Source: Amoebidium appalachense (lineage: Eukaryota > Protista > Ichthyosporea). Taken from it: 64,000 nt of DNA. The stretch spans positions 4,631,814 through 4,695,813 of the forward strand of contig CAVNZM010000013.1 of the NCBI GenBank assembly GCA_963693365.1, in the 5' to 3' direction. Made by a program: the position numbers and the translations under genes. The notes beneath the pieces are model-generated. The model searched no databases. It was not told the DNA's origin and saw only the letters and a list, made by a program, of their open reading frames with translations. Below are positions 56,412 through 64,000 of this stretch, in pieces (the stretch's first letter is position 1; each line of letters begins with the position of its first letter).

Positions 56412-58537
56412 ATCCCCATCCCCAACCCCCTTCCCGGTTCCAAAAAAGAGTACAAACCAACAGAAACCTATATCTACCACAACACATTGAGCAGGTTGCA
56501 TACACACAGGTCACACATGTTGTGCACATCTTTTCAGGTCTGTCAACTCTCTTGCACGTACGCTTGGTATCCTTTTTTCTTCCTAACCTGTTACCCCCCT
56601 CACCCCCCCCCCCCCCCCCCCCCCTCCCCAAGTTGGGTTTCGTTAACGAGGGGAATAGGTCGAAACTCGGGTACTGTGGATGACGTGGGCCCCCCCTGAG
56701 GATGGGCTCTGCTTATTATGCATACTCTTTATGTATGGCTTGCATTCTGCATCGTGTTATCCGTTTGTTCTTGTGTACTTCGTACTTTTTGACGCATTCA
56801 AAACCCCCCCCCTCCCCACCCCATCTGCCACCGAATTCAATACCCTTTCCCTGTCTCCGCCTCTATCCTTTGCTGTGATACACACACACACATGCACATG
56901 CACACACCTCCTTCTTCCCCCCCCCCCCCCCCCCCCTTTACTTCCATGCAACCGGGCATGGTTGCTCTGTGTCGTGCATCTGTAAGCGCATACGCGTTTG
57001 TCGCTGCACTGCATTAGTTTGCACATACATCTTCACCGTTTTGCTCACCTTGCTTACATAAGCAACCCTGCTCGTCTTTGATCAAGACGGGTTGACCCAC
57101 CCAAGTTCAGTTGATGCTGCTGTCTGAGTTGGAGCGTCGTATATACGCGGGCTAAGGGGTCGAAACTCAGACGCAATTGATGACTTGGGCCCTCCCTGAG
57201 GATGGGCTCTGCTTATGACGCATACTGTGCGCATGGCTGATGCTGCATACTTGAATGTTTGCCTTTGCATGTGTCCTGCACCATGCTTCTCATCGTGTAT
57301 GCGTACTTCGTACTGTGTTCCGCATTCAAAACCCCCCCTGTCTTCTTTCAGAGGTGTCCTTTCAGGACAGACCACTGTGTGGAGACATCTTTACTTCCAT
57401 GCAACCGGGCATGGTTGCTCTGTGTCGTGCATCTGTAAGCGCATACGCGTTTGTCGCTGCACTGCATTAGTTTGCACATACATCTTCACCGTTTTGCTCA
57501 CCTTGCTTACATAAGCAACCCTGCTCGTCTTTGATCAAGACGGGTTGACCCACCCAAGTTCAGTTGATGCTGCTGTCTGAGTTGGAGCGTCGTATATACG
57601 CGGGCTAAGGGGTCGAAACTCAGACGCAATTGATGACTTGGGCCCTCCCTGAGGATGGGCTCTGCTTATGACGCATACTGTGCGCATGGCTGATGCTGCA
57701 TACTTGAATGTTTGCCTTTGCATGTGTCCTGCACCATGCTTCTCATCGTGTATGCGTACTTCGTACTGTGTTCCGCATTCAAAACCCCCCCTGTCTTCTT
57801 TCAGAGGTGTCCTTTCAGGACAGACCACTGTGTGGAGACATCTTTACTTCCATGCAACCGGGCATGGTTGCTCTGTGTCGTGCATCTGTAAGCGCATACG
57901 CGTTTGTCGCTGCACTGCATTAGTTTGCACATACATCTTCACCGTTTTGCTCACCTTGCTTACATAAGCAACCCTGCTCGTCTTTGATCAAGACGGGTTG
58001 ACCCACCCAAGTTCAGTTGATGCTGCTGTCTGAGTTGGAGCGTCGTATATACGCGGGCTAAGGGGTCGAAACTCAGACGCAATTGATGACTTGGGCCCTC
58101 CCTGAGGATGGGCTCTGCTTATGACGCATACTGTGCGCATGGCTGATGCTGCATACTTGAATGTTTGCCTTTGCATGTGTCCTGCACCATGCTTCTCATC
58201 GTGTATGCGTACTTCGTACTGTGTTCCGCATTCAAAACCCCCCCCCCCCCCCCCCCTCCTCCCTCAAAAAAAAAAAAAAACAAAAAAAAAAACACAGGCC
58301 GCATGGCCAAGAAGAAGGCCATCTGTGCCATCTGTGAGCTTCAGGATCTGTGCCGTTCCGTGTTTGCAGGCAAGAGGGTCGTTAGGCCCGTGGGCATAGC
58401 CACCCACCTCAAAACATGGGGCAAACACTTCAGAAAGGGGAGGCAGGTGGGTTGCTCGGTGCATAAACACTATTCTTAACCATGACACACACACAAATAA
58501 ACCTGCAGGGGCGTGCGCGGGCACACAGACATCCACA

Positions 58538-58578
<41 letters not shown>

Positions 58579-58775
58579 GGAAACATTTGTGTATATGTAT
58601 ACAGACAGACAGACACGTGCGCACACACACCGCACACATGTATGGCAGACACGGACGCAGGCACACACACTACCATTTTCTTACACAGGGCCGTTTAGTT
58701 CTTACATGTGCACACACTTAGATGGGCGCACGAATGTAAATCTACGTGCACACACAACACACACGCGCGCGTGCG

Positions 58776-58806
<31 letters not shown>

Positions 58807-58909
58807 ACACACATACATACACACTACCATTTTCTTACATACGGCCGTTTAATTCTTACATGTGCACACACTTAGATGGGCGTATGAATGTAAATATACA
58901 TGCACACAC

Positions 58910-58952
<43 letters not shown>

Positions 58953-59042
58953 CTATTTTCTTACACACGGCCGTTTAGTTCTTACATGTGCACACACTTA
59001 GATGGGCGTATGAATGTAACTATACATGCACACACAACACAC

Positions 59043-59105
<63 letters not shown>

Positions 59106-59441
59106 TACTATTTTCTTACACACGGCCGTTTAGTTCTTACATGTGCACACACTAAGATGCGCACGAATGTAACTATACATGCACACACAACACACACACA
59201 CACACACACACACATGCATGTCTGCGCTCGCGACCTCTTCTTGTCCACCTCCAAACAAGCAAATCAAGTCTGCCACGAGTACGTGGTTTAAGTATGTTCC
59301 CACAAAGCAACTACGGGCAAGCCCGTTGAACAGTTTCCATCACAGGAACATGCAAATAGCGAGGAATAGACGTTGATGCTCTTGATGCTCAGGCAGCAGG
59401 GAAGGCTTAATGGAGTATCAAATAGTTCTAAGAGATTAGCG

Positions 59442-59486
<45 letters not shown>

Positions 59487-59567
59487 AAAAAAAAAAAAAG
59501 AGGACTTAACTACCACAACCATTGCACACGTCCCCCACACAGACACACTCATACAATGCACTTGTGG

Positions 59568-59625
<58 letters not shown>

Positions 59626-59749
59626 ACGACCGCTTCCCTTACAGGAGGATGCGCATGAGTTTCTCCGCTACTTTATGGATGCAATGCAAAAGTCGTGCCT
59701 CGAAGGCATGGACAAGTATGCTGCCCCTCGCTTCCTCTCTTCACACACA

Positions 59750-59816
<67 letters not shown>

Positions 59817-59893
59817 CCCCCCCCCCCCCCCCCCCTCTCTCTCTATCTGTCTGTCTGCCTGTCTGCCTGTCTGCCTGTCTGTCTATCTATCTA

Positions 59894-59927
<34 letters not shown>

Positions 59928-60554
59928 CTTTCTACACACATGCTTTGTACGTGAGGTGTAAACACCTGTGCATACTGTCATGACGTGAAATAAAAACCGA
60001 AGGGACACACGTAAGCACATGCCCACACACAGGTACGTGTACATGGGCATTCTCACACCTTTCTACGCAGAAACACAAAGAAAGCAGAACACACATCCTG
60101 CCCTTCTGCATTTCATTTGTTTTGACCCAAGTAAAATCGCAACTGGGCCTATTCAAAAATATTAAAACTTAAACATAACCGTTTAACACTAAACTAAAAC
60201 CTAATCCAACAGGAAAATGGACATCCGCATCCAAGAAACCACTCTCATCCACCAGATGTTTGGGGGGTACCTATGCAGCAGCGTAACTTGCACCGAGTGC
60301 GGGTACGCGTCCAAAACTTACGAGGCAGCCCTCGATATGAGCCTCGAAATTGCAAGGGGGGCTCAAACGGTCGAAGAGGCTCTGAAGAAATTCACGGCCA
60401 AGGAAAAGCTCGATGGAAATAACAAATACAAATGCGAAAAGTGAGTGTCGAGTATGCATGAAACCCCCCCTTTTTTTGCACCCACTAATGCTAGGCAAAT
60501 TTGCATTGCGTTTTCCATCGTGAAATCAACTCTTAAACAATATCTCCCCCGTCC

Positions 60555-60589
<35 letters not shown>

Positions 60590-60641
60590 ACACACACACA
60601 CGTGTTCCTACGCGACACTTTCCTTCGTGTAGCCTGTATAG

Positions 60642-60677
<36 letters not shown>

Positions 60678-61772
60678 CTCCTCAAAGAAAAACAAAACCC
60701 CACTTGTGCACGCACGTAAACCTGGAACTCAACAGTTTGTAACTATTCTTAACTCCCAAACCCCACTACCCAATACGCTCCGTACACACACAGCACACTC
60801 CTCTCCTCCTTTACCCTGCCCCCCTCTCCCAACCCCCAACCACACGCACACACTTTCACACACATTGACACACACACGTACACTCTCTCATAAACAAACA
60901 CTCACGTACACATACACAGGTGCCAGCGCAAGGTGTTAGCCGTCAAGCAACTGCAGGTGCTCGAGGCACCCCTCGTGCTGTCCCTCCACCTCAAACGGTT
61001 CGACTATTTGGCATTTGGGGGCGGAAAAATCACAAAGAAAATTGGATTTTCAGAAGACCTGGATCTGAGCCCATATATGGCTAAGGTGCGTGGGAAACCA
61101 TTGGACAATCTCGTCTCCCTACCTCCCGCCCTCCCCTTCCCCCCCCCCCCCCCCCCCTCCTCCCCCCCCCCCCCCTGCCCCTCTCTCGCTCTATATCTTT
61201 ATCTCTCTCAAACAAGAGGTATAATTGAAGGGAGAGAGGGGGAGGGGGAGGGGGGGGGGGAATAGAAAAGGAAGGTCCATATCTTTGTGGGCATAATGCA
61301 TCAAGGAATGAAATGACGACGGCCATTATGGTAGCTGACATTTGGCCAATTGCAGGGCGGGGCACGGTACCGGCTGGCCGGGATGATCCAGCACCACGGG
61401 CACAGCACACACTCGGGCCACTACATTGCTTACGTAAGGGCCCCGGCAGGCCAGTGGTACATGATGGACGACAACGAGGTGGGTTTTATTGTTAAAATTT
61501 TGTTTTTAAAGTAATATATGCGCTGTTTGGATGGCCCGTACTTTTGTACTGATGCTAGATTACTAAAGTGGGTGGGTGGGTGGGTGGGTGATGTTACTTT
61601 GGCATGACGTGTTTACGTGTATTTTTGCCGTGCCCGGCCATGGCTGTTGACAGTTTTAGTTTGACAGGTTTGCTGCACCCAGGGGGGAGAAAAAGGGGTC
61701 TGGGGGGATGGGGGGGGGGGGGGGAGGTAAAGGGGGGTATCTAAGTCATAACTTGCTACTGATGTGTGGGGG

Positions 61773-61808
<36 letters not shown>

Positions 61809-61809
61809 T

Positions 61810-61872
<63 letters not shown>

Positions 61873-63004
61873 TCACCTTGTTGGCGCCAAGAGTCTCTTG
61901 AATGCCCAGGCATACATGCTCTTCTATATGCGCACGGGGACGGGATCCAAGCCAACATCAGAACTTCCGCAAAAAGAGTCGCCAAAACCACGGGAAAACG
62001 GAACCGTAAACCGGGTTCCACCCACTGTGAAAACGGCGGCAGCGGGCCCAACCATTATTGCGGCACCCAAAAAGCCGTTGAAGGATGTGAAAAATGGAAT
62101 TGTGGGGGTGAGCCAAAAGAACGGAATCGAGGTAAAAAGAAAGAGCAGTATGGAAGAGACGGAAAAATCAGAGAAAATACGGGAAAAGAAATCTGAAAAG
62201 CCCAAGGTGGAGGACAGCGCCCACAAGAAGTGGATAGTTGAAAAGGAGGACTCGGATGACGACGCCGGGAAACCGAATAGGGAATCCGGGAAATCGGAAG
62301 TTTCATCGGTGAAAAAATCGAAAAAGCGAGACAGGTTGGGGGGTTTTCGAGTGGTCGAGGACGATGAAGACGTGGGCATGGCCGTGGATTCCTCGGTGGC
62401 TGCAAAGATAAGGGAGGAAACGAGGGAGGATGAGACTGGAGAGAGGAAAAAGAAGAAGAAGAAGAAGAAGAAGGCAAAGACAGAAACGGAGGATGAAGAC
62501 ACTAAAGAGGGACCAAGGGAAGATGCTACGGAAGAACTTGAAAACAAGGAGGAAAAGAAGGAAAAGAGGAAAGAACATGTAAATGAGGAAGCGAATGAGA
62601 ATGGGGTTGGTGAGGAGGAGAGAACGGAAAAGAAGAAAAAGAAGAAGAAAGAAAAATCAGAAACACCAGAGAAAGCAGAGGAAATACGAAAGCGGAAGAC
62701 GGAAGACGAAGAAGAACGGATACCCAAGAAGTCGAAAATGCGGGAAAACGGAAACGAAAACCAGAAACCGGAACGGCTATTCGACTCCGATTGGCACAGC
62801 CAGGAGACGTGGAAAGTGGAAAGAGTTAAGAAGATATCCGCGTCAAAGGCGAATTTCGGGGGGGTCCTTACGGCGGGACAGGGGGACACCCAGAAGCTGG
62901 GAGAAAATGGTGTGTTTGTTTGCCCCCATCCCTCCCCCCCCCCCCCCCCCATCCCCCTCCGTCGCCCAGGCGTGCACGTGAACGCACACACACACACACA
63001 CACA

Positions 63005-63061
<57 letters not shown>

Positions 63062-63584
63062 CGCAAGAGAGAGACAGACAGACACACAGACGCCACCACC
63101 TTTTCCCCCGGCCCCTGCTTGACTTTTACCCTATTCTACCTCCAGTTTTGTTCGTGCCCATTGTGAAGTGTTGTGTGTGGTATCTGGGTAAGTGTCTATT
63201 GCCATCTTTTCCTGTCCCCTTTCAGTGGCACGATAGTATCCCCCCCCCCCCCAACCCCCTCCCCCCTCCCCCTGCCCTTTGGGTCTGTCATGAAGACGTC
63301 AGGTGAAGTCTCTCATTCAATCTCACCCCCCCCCCCCCCCCCTTGCTTGCTCTATTTTCTCTATTTTTGCTTTCTACTTGTCACCCGGAGTGTTTTCGGG
63401 CCCTTTTTGACTCATGCACACATACACAACCATGCACTAACACATACACACACGTACACACACACAGACAACACATACACACGTACACACGTACACACAT
63501 ATGCGTCCACACACACGTAACGCATACACGCACACACACACACACACGTAGACAAGTACACACTTACACACGTGCATACACATA

Positions 63585-63615
<31 letters not shown>

Positions 63616-63621
63616 CACACA

Positions 63622-63692
<71 letters not shown>

Positions 63693-63937
63693 ACACGTAC
63701 ACGTACACGTACACGTACATACACGTACATACACGTACAGTCAAGACGTGGGACGGTGAGCAGAACATGATCGACTCCGTAGCCGTGGAGTCTAGAATCT
63801 TCCAAAGGCGGCACAAGGACGATGTGGAGATCGATAAGGGTCGGGTCAAGAAGGTCAAGACGAAGAAGGAGGAGAGGAAACCGCGCTTTAACGTGTTCCA
63901 GATGGCTGCAGAGAAGAAGAGAAAGGTGTGTGATTAA
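52864..63937 (+). CDS. USP36: Ubiquitin-specific protease, USP36/USP42 (UBP23-like, nucleolar); 9 exons
   Basis: Exons at about 52864-53231, 55737-55891 (Cys box [18 protein letters not shown]), 58298-58446 (..GRQ), 59646-59715 (EDAHEFL), 60213-60440 ([25 protein letters not shown]), 60920-61085 (LHLKRF), 61356-61478 (His box [14 protein letters not shown]), 61871-62909 (AYMLFY then K/E-rich tail) and 63741-63937 ([20 protein letters not shown]). Phases are consistent. Confidence 0.92.
54905..55490 (+). repeat. ~1.3 diverged copies of the 453-bp unit in USP intron 1
   Basis: Same sequence as the 56937-58243 array with scattered substitutions. The ~50-bp junction segment is replaced by a C tract at 55052-55090. 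Confidence 0.88.
56937..58243 (+). repeat. 453-bp head-to-tail tandem array, ~2.9 near-identical copies, in USP intron 2
   Basis: Units start at 56937, 57390 and 57843. Identical ORF-track peptides begin at 57082, 57535 and 57988. Confidence 0.97.
58671..59190 (+). repeat. Four copies of an ~85-bp unit separated by variable (CA)n spacers, in USP intron 3
   Basis: TAC(C/T)ATTTTCTTACAC..GGCCGTTTAGTTCTTACATGTGCACACAC..GAATGTAA at 58671, 58825, 58951 and 59106. Confidence 0.92.
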
Positions 63938-64000
63938 AGAAACGCTTGTGCACTATTCCTTTGTCTGTTTTTACTAATAGTAAAGAAGAAAGACAGGAAT

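Noticed and set aside
57120-57212. Canonical hammerhead (CUGAGGA plus GAAAC) or HDV-like ribozyme (GCUAA, UUGACCC/GGGUCGA pairing) in the 453-bp unit
   Set aside because: By hand I could not close stems I and II in type I, II or III topology, and the HDV L3/P1.1 consensus is missing. It is kept only as an open question.
57082-58176. Repeated 97-99 aa ORFs in the tandem array
   Set aside because: They are intronic, have no recognisable domain, and the frames are not preserved in diverged copies.
58671-59190. CRISPR-like array
   Set aside because: It lies in a eukaryotic intron, the spacers are just (CA)n, the repeats are too long, and there are no cas genes.
61924-63099. 391-aa antisense ORF
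   Set aside because: It is the shadow of the purine-rich K/E-rich USP36 exon.

Overview
Eukaryotic genomic DNA with spliceosomal GT-AG introns and CTAAC-type branch points. The gene content fits a unicellular opisthokont or holozoan-like organism, but that is inference only. Introns are long and full of poly-C/poly-G tracts and (CA)n/(GT)n microsatellites, so most entries in the ORF track are artefacts. I reconstructed six spliced protein genes by hand: copine (-, runs off the window start), a stand-alone carnosine-synthase-like ATP-grasp ligase (+), ZNF622/REI1 (-), a C2H2 zinc-finger protein (+), an UNC-93-like MFS transporter (-) and USP36/USP42 (+). The window also holds a frameshifted, 3'-truncated Ty3/Gypsy element with a 5' LTR, a solo LTR with a 5-bp TSD, a 54-bp perfect palindrome and several tandem repeats. 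Three signals are the most unusual. (1) A hairpin-rich 453-bp head-to-tail array in a USP intron, whose 3' part recurs as a dispersed intronic repeat that is always co-oriented with the host gene and runs into a C tract. (2) Introns with complementary GT/G-rich 5' halves and CA/C-rich 3' halves. (3) Duplications of exon ends plus their splice donors into the downstream intron. Exon boundaries were read by eye and need RNA-seq confirmation.
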